Shown: in pieces, positions 24,275 through 35,020 of the stretch
Position numbering within the stretch: the first letter of the stretch is position 1
Layout of the letters: every line of letters starts with the position of its first letter
Source of the DNA: Bugula neritina
Taxonomy: Eukaryota; Animalia; Bryozoa
Length of the DNA: 35,020 bases
NCBI GenBank assembly: GCA_964035545.1
Contig: CAXIUT010000229.1
Coordinates: 48,915-83,934, forward strand
Direction of reading: 5' to 3'
Program-made: the position numbers and the translations under genes
Notes under the pieces: model-generated
Told to the model about the DNA's origin: nothing
The model's input: only the letters and a program-made list of their open reading frames with translations
The model's database searches: none

Positions 24275-26706
24275 ATGCATCGCTCTACTGTTGCTTGTCA
24301 TCCAACCAATAAAACTGATTCTCCTCCTTTTCTTGAACAATGTCATGGATCTAAACCTCAATGGACGATGGAGTAAAATCAACCTCATACCAACAATAGA
24401 TATAAAATAGAATTGGTTACTAATCATAGTCATTCATCTAGAAGTAAATAAAAGTCTTCTAAAGGAATAAAAGTTCTTTCTAGGCAAAATAGTAAAGATA
24501 AAAATAATTCAAATGATAAACAAACAAACTATAATTAAAAACAAATAAAATCTCAAACCCATATTAGTCAATTTTAGTCTTAAAATTCCTATAAATAACA
24601 ATCTATTACTGAGCCCTTCCTTTCTAAATACTAACTATAAGATTTTTTAAAACATTCTGAACTCAAATTAAAAAAAATATTGGCTTAAAGCAACAGTTGT
24701 CATGAGAAGCAAGTAGCTGAGTTGAAAATAATAATATAAGAAAACGATATAAGGATAAATGAATTGATTGAAGCTTCGAATATATTAATTGATAAGAATA
24801 GTCGCAAGCAGAAAGTAATATAAAAGTTAGAATAAAGAATCAAATCAATTACTAATTATCATCAAGTATGCTAAAAATATACTCTTGATCGTTGTAGAAA
24901 TGTTTAATAACAATTTAGAGTAATCATAAGAGAAATATAAGGAAAAGAAGTCTGTCAGGTTCAGATAAAGCTAAGAGGTATTGAAGAGATTAGTAAAAGA
25001 ATATTTCTATGGTATAAAATGAAGAACTCAGAACAGTTGGAATATACAAATAGAGAAATAGAGAAGTTATAATTGAGAAGAGGAAAAATGGAAAGGCAAG
25101 TCGAACTAATTGAAGAAATGAATGAGAAAAGAAATATTTTTAATTTAAAAGAGAAATAGCTATCAGAAATAGTTAAAACTATGAAAATTAAATTAGAATA
25201 AAGATAATATAACAGTAAAAGTAAAAGTAGTTAGCAAGTATGTTCAAAATAGTAACAAGTAGGTGAGTTGTCACAAATGTTGAAATCTTTGTCTAAAAAC
25301 ATATAGTAAATCTAAAAATAGAAAATAAAGTTACTGACTTTGAACAAATAGAAATAAAGCTAGCAAGAATAAAAAACAAAATAGACTATCTGGTAGCTAT
25401 CTAACTTGCTCAACAAATCAGAAAGAGAACTATCTCTTCTATAAAAACAACTCTCTCTGATCTAGCCACAACTGTCTCTTACAAAGAAACAGCTATCACA
25501 TGCTTAATAAGAACTGCGAAAGTCTAATTTATAGATTTAATCTCTAGGAGTGTATAATAAACAAATTGAGAATGAGTTGATATAGTTGAAGTTAAGAGAA
25601 AATTCATTGAAGGTAGAGTGCTAGTATAAAGAGAGATAGTTATCTCAGTCAAAAGTTTAATCTTTGGACTTAATAGAGCAGGAGAGATAGTGTTTTAAAT
25701 AAAAATTTTAATAATCCTTCAAACATAATCAGTATCTTCAAGAAATCAATTGTAAAAACAAAATAATGACAATGCAACAACAACAACTGATCTAAACTTT
25801 ACAAAGAAATGTGCAAGTATAAAGAGAAACAGTTGAGAGGGTCAAAGGATAACAATAAAAATTTTTATAAAAAGTTAGAAGATAAAGTTAGATCAAAAGC
25901 AAAGAAGAAATAGAAGTATTCAGGAAAAGTTAGTATGATAAAGTTAAGCAATAACTAGAAACTAAGCAGGAACAATAAAATAAAAGAATAAAATGTTAAA
26001 GTATTTCTTTGTAACATAAGTTAGTGTTACTAAAAGAAGAAAATGGCCAAAATAAGTCTATGTTGGAATAAAATTTTAAACTCATTTAGAAACTTTAGAC
26101 TTAAATAAGGTAGCTTTTATAATAAAAGACTAAAATATATACAGAAAATATTACCATCAATAATAACTACCTACAATTAAAGAAATAGTACCAATAATAA
26201 ATACAATACACCGAACACCTTGAATCTTAAAATTAAAATATGACTAATAATCTTCAACAGTGCAAAAATGTCTTTCAAGAACAAAGTGGTCAATTTATTT
26301 AGACTATCAATCACCTCAAAAGAGATATTTAGCTTTATAAAAAGGATATTTAACTCTTTCAAAGGGAGAACTAGCTTCTTAAGAGCAAAACATCAGATGT
26401 AAATGAGGGAACAGTGAGAAGATAATAATAAAAATCAAGAGAGATAAAGGTGAAAAAGTAGAGTAAACCTTCTATGAATAGGTTGTCTCATAAGATAATG
26501 GTATTGAGAGGTATTAAGATATATATGTAGATATATTGAAATAATCAGATGAGTTGCCTGTGATATGTGAGATAGATGCAACTGGATACTTAAAATACCA
26601 ATAAACAGGGATATATATTTTAGATTAAGAAGGAAATCCTTTCTAACTGACACAGGAAGAAATAGCTGAAGGAATGACTCATGATATTATCACATTGTTT
26701 TAATGA
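24275..26706 (+). CDS. Large coiled-coil protein, ~803 aa, 1 intron
   Basis: Long Glu/Lys/Gln-rich frame with many UAR codons; 20-nt intron 26511-26530; C-terminal ...GYLKYQETGIYILDEEGNPFELTQEEI...-TGA. Confidence 0.7.
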
Positions 26707-26798
26707 TAGAAACATTTTATAAGAAAAATAAAGTTTTAAAAAGGTCATTAAAATAAACTTTTATAATAGCAATCGGTTAAGATTAGTATTAAATTTTA

Positions 26799-28517
26799 AT
26801 GAACTTTTCAGGTAACTTTATCTAACAGCATCCTGTTGCCAATCCTTCTCCAGATACTAAATCCAAAAATAGAATTGCATCAACCAACTTAGAAACTAAC
26901 GTCATTAAAAAATACCTAACTAACATTAAAAAACAACATCAACAAATCATCAACAAAAATAATCTACAATTTAACTACAAACAATGCTTATAACATAACC
27001 ACAAACAGTGCTTATAACATAACCACAAACAATGCACGAATAATAAGGTCCTTATTTAGAGTAAAAAGGTTTTTTCTTAAAGACAGTGTGAAAAAGATAT
27101 AGAGAATATAAGAAAGAGAGATAGTGAGGAGTGGCTAAAGGTGAGAATAAGGTAGTTGGAGTTGTAAAATAATGAGTATAAGAATATAGCAAGATAGTAT
27201 CAACTTTTAGCAGATAAAAATAAAGAATTAGAACTAGAAATGATGCTACTGCTTAATTAACTTTAAAAACAAGCTAACCTTTCAAAAGAATCTCCTTTTG
27301 TCATCAGACAACCTTGGAAATAAGCCAGTACCAAGTAACAGTAGTCTATTAGTTCAAGAAAAGATTCTGATTTTGCCTATCCTACTTCATTCAAACTTGA
27401 TCAGCAATTGATAATAAGGTCTTTTAGATAAAATACAGAGGAAAAAGTTAATCAAGAGGAATAGTATACTGAAAAGAAAGAATAAATGGTGAGATCAATG
27501 GTCAATAGTCATATTCAAACAGTAGTTGAAGACTTGTAGTCGAAAGTAATGCACTATTTGGAACAAATTCAAATATAAATATAAAAAATAAAAGTAACGA
27601 ATGAAGAAATACTTAAAAAAAGAGAACTTTCTTCCAAATAATCACAAAAATCTATCAGTGAGTTCAAATATATTGAAGAAAATAGATTCAATTATGAAAA
27701 ACATTAACTAATAGGCATTAAAGGACAATATAAATAGCTAAGTATGAAAGGATCAGCTCAATAACTAAGTATGAAAGGATCAGCTAAATAGCTAAGCATG
27801 AAAGGACAAGATAAATAGCTAAGTATGAAAGGATCATCTAAATAACTAAGTATGAAAGGATAAGATAAAGAAGGAAGTAATAAATCTTCTTAACAGTCTT
27901 TTGGTCTTTCTAAAAATAAACAAGAAAAACTTTTTAATACTCCAATCCAATTCAAAATAAATCAAGAAGTAACACCTATTTTGCTTGATTAATCTGATAA
28001 ACAGGAAAATAAACTTCAAACAAAATTCAAAGACATATATAAGGAACAAATCTTTTAATATTTTAAAAATATAAATTAAAATTTAATCCTACTCACCTAA
28101 GATGAAGATCTCAGCTTTTATAATTAGATACGTGTCTTGCTTCAAGCTTTATTACAAAAAATATTAAATAAAGCACCCATTAGAGAGCATGTATCTCTGT
28201 AAGATAAGTTGATTTTTGAAAACAATCAAATGAGTTCAGTTATAGATCAGCTGCAGTAAGAGATAAGAGTGCTAAAAGGACAGATAAGAGTGCTAAAAGG
28301 ACAGATAAGATAGAAGATATCGTAGAGTGAATGGAAGGCAGTGGATGTCGATAGGAGTATTTCAGGGTAGAGAAAGCAAATAAATTTATAAGATTTTAAC
28401 TAGACAGAAAGGAGATTACTTTCTGTAATAAAAGTAATGAGATCATTTAACTTATAATATCAAAGTATTCTTGAAAGAAGTAGAAGTTTATCATTGAAAT
28501 CTGAGAGAAATGATTGA
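26799..28517 (+). CDS. Hypothetical coiled-coil protein with internal repeats, ~572 aa
   Basis: ATG 26799 and TGA 28515 are in the same frame. Contains repeats KQCLEHNH, ELSMKGSAK and IRVLKGQ. Confidence 0.7.
27732..27869 (+). repeat. Coding 27-bp tandem repeat (K-E-L-S-M-K-G-S/Q-A/D) x5
   Basis: aaata(g/a)ctaagtatgaaaggatcagct units; TAG and TAA alternate at the same unit position. Confidence 0.88.
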
Positions 28518-28639
28518 TAACTTTCTTCTGAAATAAATTACTAACTTTTTGTTTAATTATGGTTTAAATTTGTTTTGTTTTTATCAATACATTTTACTTT
28601 AATTATAATTTCGAGATAGGTAAAGTAATTTTATAATAG

Positions 28640-30476
28640 ATGAGGATAATAAAGTTGGAAATATAGATTCTTTATCGTGGTCGATTGACCATCCAGAAAA
28701 GAGCAGTTTCCCTTGATAAGAAAGAGACGAGCACTTTGTCTGCTTTTATTCAACATGTAGTTTAAGTTTGTGAGTTGAATGGAGAATATGCTATTGAAAT
28801 TGATGGCTTTGTTATTTCTGATAAATAAAATAGTAAAATACTACAATAAAAAGCTATCTATAGGTATATTTTCTTTATATTAGACTTAAACTCATTAAAT
28901 ATAAACAAAAAAAGTTGAAGAAGAACCAAGTCTAATCATCAAATTCTGAGGAAAGTTAAGGTATTTAATTAGACGATTCAATAGAGTAAGTCAAAGCTTT
29001 TCGTAAATAAAAAATTAACTAAATAAACTCAATAAAAGAAATAAGATCTAAAAAATAACAAAAAAAAAACAAACAAGTCATTAAAGCAAAAAGATTAAAT
29101 TTATCATAAAGCGAATAAATATCTTAATAGCTCGAATAAAAAGTAAATCAAAAATAGATTAAAAATAAAGATAACAACCTTAAAATAAATAATCTAAGCA
29201 AGAAGGATAAAATACAGTCAAATAATTCAGTTAACAAAATAGAAGAAGCAAAAAAAAGAAAAGAAGTACTTTAATAGTAATAATAATAATAATAGTCTTC
29301 ATCAGAGTCAATACCTCAACTTTCTAAAGTAACAAATAAACATCCTTTATTGAAAAAAGTCAATGATAAGCCTATAAAATTATCAATTAAAAAGAGAAGA
29401 GATATAATATCTGATTCTTCTTAATCTCTTTCTTCTTTATAAGAGATTAATAAGAAATAGAAGTAGCCTTAAAAGACAATAAATGTAAATAATACAACTA
29501 CTATAAGAACTACTTCTAAACTTCCATCAGCTCTGAGAAATAAGGTTATAGCATCCAAAAAGTTCACTATTCATAAGTAGAACCAATGGCTGTCTCTTGA
29601 TAGATAGAAAATGACTCGATGGCAATAGTAGAAGGATAGAAAGGTATTTTGTCAACCTCCAAATAAAATAAAATTTAAAATAATATAATTGGACTAATAG
29701 AGATTTGTACCTGTGAAATCGAATTGGATTTCTGGAGAAGTAAAAGCTATCGAAGATGATGTTATTATAATGTAGAATGTAGATCAATAAGGCAAATAAT
29801 TTATGAAATAATATAAAATACCTGAACACAATATGGATTAACTACAAATATGGAAACCTCTAGCCTCTTTATAACAACTAAAATATCTATAATCATCGAA
29901 AAATATTCAAGAATTCTAGAATCTTATCAAAAATAAATAGAATCTTTCAAAATAAAAATAGATACTAGATAAAGAATAGGTGAATTAGTCTAAAAATAAA
30001 GAATAAGTAGATAATCAGTCTAGAAATAAAGAATAGATAAATTAGTCTAGAAATAAAGAATAAGTAGATAATAAGTCTAGAAATTCAATATAGAGATTTA
30101 TTTGCGGACAAATAAACTATTATTTCAGTGACCGTAATTATAATATAGATTTTTTTATGCAACTTCATGCAAATACTCATCCTTAGAAATGTAATAATTT
30201 TTCGATAAAGATTTGAAGTTAGGTTTTATGTTGAACTTTCCGAAAATAAAGAAATTACTAAGAGATTAATAAAAATTGGTTCAATACCTAAGGGAAGACG
30301 ATAAATACTAAAATAGAAACTATGAAATCAATTTTGGATAAAGATTAATTCGAAAAAAACAAATCAAATCTATCGATAGGGTGTAATAACAGGATATTCA
30401 ATTTTAAAAAGCTTAAAAATAAGTTCAATAATATCATGAAAAAGATGAAACAGTTTTAAACCAAAAAAATGATTGA
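28640..30476 (+). CDS. Coilin-like protein (N-terminal domain + Tudor-like domain) with a C-terminal La motif, ~598 aa, 2 introns
   Basis: N-terminal MRIIKLEI...TLSAFIQHV...IEIDGFVISDKENSKILQEKAIYRL; low-complexity K/E/S middle; PNKIKFKIIELDEERFVPVKSNWISGEV; ICGQINYYFSDRNYNIDFFM...MLNFPKIKKL...RLIRKK. Introns 28864-28883 and 30191-30210 (20 nt each). Confidence 0.7.
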
Positions 30477-30513
30477 AAATCAATATATTATTTATATCAA
30501 GTAACATATCTTA

Positions 30514-30728
30514 AACTAGTAATAAGAATAACTAATAATAACTAATAATAACTAGTAATAACTAGTAATAACTAGTAATAACTAGTAATAACTAGTAATA
30601 ACTAGTAATAACTAATAATAACTAGTAATAACTAATAATAACTAATAATAACTAGTAATAACTAGTAATAACTAATAATAACTAGTAATAACTAATAATA
30701 ACTAGTAATAATAAATAGCAAATAACTA
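30514..30728. repeat. Intergenic satellite (ACTARTAATA)n, 10-bp unit x~20
   Basis: actagtaata/actaataata units between two convergent stop codons. Confidence 0.95.
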
Positions 30729-30768
30729 AACTGGTATTATATATTAATGAGGTTTAAATACGATGGGT

Positions 30769-31521
30769 TCAGTATTTTATTTTTTGATGATATTTTTTTG
30801 TTCTTATTCCTAAGATGGAATTATTGTTTTTTTTACTTACATTTCCCATAATAGTCTGTCTCAAGAACTCTCTTGGAGATATTTGCTATCGTTTATCATC
30901 AATATTAGATGTTTCCTCTAGTTTAGAAGGCCGATTTGCTCCTATTTTACTTACTTTTTGTACCTTTTTAAAACTTGGCATTTCATATTAGATATCTTCT
31001 TGATGATTTAGTTTAGGTTTAGGTTTTTGAGGAGTAAGGTAGTGAACACTGACGTAGTAATTAGGTGTTTTTGGCTTGTTTTTAAATCTAACTTCACTCA
31101 GTTATTGAGAAGACTTGATAGATAGTTTGCCTTCTAATGAGTGATCATATGGAAACTATTATCCTTTAGCAATATTTTAGATAGAATTCAATCTTAATTT
31201 GTTTTTAATTTATGGAGGCTAGAGGTCTGAAGAGTCAAAGTGGACTTGTCTATTTCTACTTATATTTTATGAGGTAATTTTAAGATGGAGGAGAAGTTCT
31301 TCTGAAAGGTAGGAGTAATGAGGTTGCATATACTTGAATTATTCCATTTTATTCATTTGTTCATTGATATGAACAATGTTTTGTTTGAATTTATTTTAAT
31401 TACAAGGTTCAAAAGAGTAAAACTTGATGATTCTTTTGAGAAGAATGGCGATAAAGGATTCAATGCATTCATTATATCTTTTTTATTGATGACGAGTTGC
31501 AAATCCACTATATACACTCAT
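30769..31521 (-). CDS. Hypothetical protein (MSVYSGFATR... N-terminus), 250 aa
   Basis: MSVYSGFATRHQEKRYNECIESFIAILLKRIIKFY... open to TGA 30769-30771, with an in-frame TGA just upstream of the ATG. Confidence 0.75.
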
Positions 31522-31576
31522 TATATTTATAATTCATTGATCTTAACCATTTAAATAGCATAAATAAATACTTATA

Positions 31577-32956
31577 TCACTAATCAACTATTTCTTTCTA
31601 TTTCTAAAGATTACTTTTATTCATTTTTATTTGATTCTCCTTTCTTTTGTCTTTCTTTTAATCACCAAAACGATGTTTTTATATGACTATAGAATCCATA
31701 AAACCTTGTTTTGTAGAATAATGCTGATAACTGATCTTTTATTCTGAGTTTATGGTGAGAAGTCCAAAGCCTGTCTACCCGACAGTATAACTAGCTGTTT
31801 CTGGATATTTTTAAGACATTGATAGGACCAAGTCAGTATCACTTCCAGCTACTCCCTCTATCACAGATATTATATATCCCCCATCATCTCTATAGGGTGA
31901 TTCTAAAGTAGAATAAGAACCATTTCGATGGTAGGGGTATATTCTTTAAAATAAATGTGCATGAGCTCCTATCGATAGAGATACTTAAGCATCAAACATG
32001 CTATCGAAATAGGGTTTGAGTCTTTAATGTTCTTTTAAACATCTGGTTCGTTAGCCACTGCAAATCAAAGGATAGTGACAAAAAGGAATGATGAAGAGTT
32101 GAGTATTTGAAGCAATTTGAAGTTGTTTTTGGAAGGCTTTAAGAGAAGTAGTATTTTATGAATTGTTAAAGACATAGGCAAAGGGATCATAGGGAATAAG
32201 ATAAGAATCTCCAAAAGAAAATCCTGTAGCAAGATCATCAAGAACTCTGTATATTTAAAATGTGGATTTGAGTAATAGTTTATCATCTTAAGAATAGTTT
32301 TAGTGGTTTCCTGGAGTAAAAATGGTTGGAATTCTACTAAAAAACTATTGAGTCATAATTAAAAATTAGATATAAGTTGATCCATGGTTACTATCTAGGT
32401 TATAGGCTATGTCTCCATCAATTAGAAATAACTTGACTTGTTTTTATTGAATTTGTTATCTTAGAGATGAGAGTATAGGAGTAAATCCAGTCTTTTTAAT
32501 TACTCCCCAGTCAGCTAGGACAATAATATTCATTTGCTAATATTTATTTTGGGGATCAGTAACTAGGAGTGAGATCCATTAGAGTTAATTTTTGAGAGGT
32601 AAGTTTTAATTATTGCCGTTCCACCCGAATACTTGATATTAAACCTTTTATCCAAAACTAACCTGGTGTTCTATTGAACATTTTTGAACATAGGTTGTGA
32701 AGAAAGTCATGTTTGATGAAGCTTTTACTTTATCAGACTTGCAGAATATATTAGAATAGCCTTGTTAGGTTTGAAGTTAAATAAAAGAAGAGATGCATGG
32801 TGAAGGAGTATTGAATGAAATTATTATTTTTTAGGATGATGAGTGATCAAGAAGATAATTGCCATATTGTACACGAACTCCAAAAGTTGTACAGTTCTAT
32901 TCTGTCAATACTGCTGCTGATATTCCCAGAAACAGTAAAATCAGAATCAGAATCAT
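31577..32956 (-). CDS. Secreted purple acid phosphatase / metallophosphoesterase, 459 aa
   Basis: Signal peptide MILILILLFLGISAA; metal-ligand motifs ADWG, GDIAY, GNH[TAA=E], HYP, GAHAH..[E]R; C-terminal GVAG and GFG motifs. Confidence 0.9.
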
Positions 32957-32996
32957 CGATTATAAGATATTCAATTGAATTAGTCCAACTTATATA

Positions 32997-33074
32997 GTTT
33001 AAATACTCATACTAAGTTGTTTAAATACTCATACTAAGTTGTTTAAATACTAAGTTGTTTAAAACTAATACTAA
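32997..33074. repeat. Intergenic minisatellite, 22-bp unit x~3
   Basis: gtttaaatactcatactaagtt twice plus truncated copies. Confidence 0.8.
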
Positions 33075-33104
33075 TTCATAGATAGTTTAGATGGGATATG
33101 ATGA

Positions 33105-34970
33105 TCACTCTGCTTGAAGGTAGTTCAGGTATGCTTTAAGATCTTGATAAAGCTAGGATATTCTCTATACTCCTTTCAGAGAAATAGATCTCAGACCTCC
33201 GATTTCCTTTTTCCACTAGATCTATAAGTATAGTTATTTTTTATCTAAAAAGTAGGATTTGATTCTTTTAAGACTAATAGATGACATTAACTAGCTATCT
33301 TCATAGAGGCACAATTATAATGGTTTGATAACAATTCTGCTGATGGTTTTACTGTTGAAGGTAAAAGATTATTTAATTTTATAACTTTTGGCTGCTATAA
33401 AATGACTTTACTTAACTGCTTTGAAGTATTAGAGTTAGTTAATTTTGATTCCTTTGTTGTTCGTAAGTTGACTGTATTTATTTTGAATGGGAGAAAGATC
33501 AATATTTTTAGATTGAGTTTGACCTGTAATTTTAACATAGTTAGTTATTCTAAGTTACTAAAATTATTAAAACATCATAGACAAAGCTACTATTTTTTAG
33601 TAGTCTTTTGATAGCCAAGGAAAGTATTTTTATTCAGAAACAAAGTTAAGATAAGTGAGTCTAGTTTTGTTGACTTATTTAAGACTGAAAGGAAAATAAT
33701 ATTTAAGTTTAACATAAAGAATGTTTTAATATTTGTTCTGAGGATATTCTTTTATTAAATCAATAGCTTTTATGTTTTAGTTAAGAATAGTACTACTATC
33801 TTTTCTTTATAAATTAACACTGAATATCTTTTAATAGTCAAGGAAACCTATAGATTTTAATAATTTTCTTTTGAAAAAACTAAGACTTTAGTTTCTTACT
33901 TTATATTAAAATTATTCATTATTTAAAAGCCTTAAACTAATTACTTGATATCCTTGTAGTTATTTATCCGCTATTTCTGTAAATCTTGATTAAAGAATCT
34001 GAGAACTTTAAATTTATTTAAGAAATAATTACTCTTTTAAAACTGTTACATTATTTCCTTTATATTTTTATAAAGCTTGGGCAAATTTAAGACTATTAAC
34101 AAAACATTCATTTCCTTTTGGAATATTTTTTGATTGAAGGGATTTAAGGTAGTGCAAAAAGGCATAAATAAACTGAGGAGAAGGATAATAATATCTAGTT
34201 ATCACTTATAAAATCTAAAATAGTTATTTTAAAGAATCTTCCTTTTCATTCATCATTATTTGTTTAATAAACTGCATAAAAATCTAATCTTTAAGAATAT
34301 TGTGTTCCCAACTATAATCATTAATAAGAGCAGCCTAGCCCTCGAAAATACTTTTTATCTTCTATTTTTATTTAAAATAGCTTTACCTCATGGGTCTTAA
34401 TATTGAGTTCAACAATTATGTCCTGCTTTTAGAAGTGTTTTTATCCTTACCTATTTTTAAAATATTATTAAAAAATTATAGAGGTGCTTTCGGGTGTTGA
34501 TGGAGAGGATATTTTTTAAGAAGAGGCTATTTTATGATAACTGACTCATGAGACATTACTTTTTGAAGACTTTATTCTGAATCAGCTGTGATATGTTCTA
34601 GAAGATAAGGAAAAAAAGGATTTAAAACCACTTTTTATTTTATTAAAATATCTACATTTAGTTCTTCATCATTCTCTTTATTTTTCTAGCGTTAAAACTG
34701 AGGCTTATTAAATAATTTTTGAATAGTTTGTTTCTTTTCTTCTTCCGAAGGTTACTGAAGAGGTTTCACTTCTTTAAGCCAAATATCAAAACTAAATTTA
34801 GGATAATCTCTAATAGAAAAAAGTTCATCTCTAGTTATAGATCTTATGCATTAAGATTTTTATATTTCTAGAATTTAGTAAGGATCATTTGATAATTCTT
34901 ACTTGAAGTTTAGACTAGAATTTTATTCTTTTATTTATTGTGAATCCTCATGAGGATTATTTGATTGCAT
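33105..34970 (-). CDS. MyTH4-FERM domain protein (>=621 aa; may extend beyond the window)
   Basis: ILKDEIFMQFIKQ...LFEILEVITRYYYPSPQFIYAFLHYL (MyTH4); LYVKLKYYFP and terminal ISELYQDLKAYL (FERM-like). The frame stays open from 34970 to the window edge, so the start is uncertain. Confidence 0.7.
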
Positions 34971-35020
34971 ATTTATCGGTTTTTTAATTTGAACTGTTGG
35001 TATTTAATATTTTAACTAAC

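Noticed and set aside
1633-33611. The many short ORFs in the supplied track as separate genes, or the region as a pseudogene field
   Set aside because: They come from standard-code translation. With UAR=Glu and tiny introns the real fragments join into intact genes with conserved catalytic motifs; the rest are antisense or off-frame shadows.
1-35020. tRNA, rRNA, transposon or viral genes
   Set aside because: None recognisable by eye; nearly all sequence is accounted for by protein genes and short spacers. A small ncRNA cannot be excluded without a covariance-model search.

Overview
AT-rich, very gene-dense eukaryotic DNA with the hallmarks of a ciliate macronuclear chromosome end. It begins with a (CCCCAA)n telomere and has a second, internal (TTGGGG)12 tract at 18255-18330. 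The supplied ORF track is fragmented because the standard code does not apply. TAA and TAG both fall on invariant Glu positions (Rab TIGV[E]FG, AGQ[E], [E]TSAK; ABC Walker B LLLD[E]; phosphatase GNH[E]) and every gene ends in TGA. This is the UAR=Glu peritrich-type nuclear code (NCBI table 30). Translating by hand with that code gives 20 genes and 20 tiny GT-AG introns, 16 of them exactly 20 nt. Genes with a recognisable family: Rab2-like GTPase, full-length ABCB transporter, Cys-rich surface protein, ankyrin+bromodomain protein, HOOK, GEX1/Brambleberry, axonemal dynein light chain-domain protein, ARS2/SERRATE, SRRM1-like PWI protein, degenerate macro-domain protein, purple acid phosphatase and a MyTH4-FERM protein; the rest are mostly coiled-coil unknowns. 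Three observations stand out. (1) A coilin-like gene (N-terminal domain + Tudor-like domain) is fused to a C-terminal La motif. (2) The internal telomere tract sits in frame just after an ATG and could delimit an ~18.3 kb telomere-to-telomere molecule. (3) Many intergenic spacers are filled with locus-specific minisatellites. All family calls come from recognising motifs by eye; no database searches were run.
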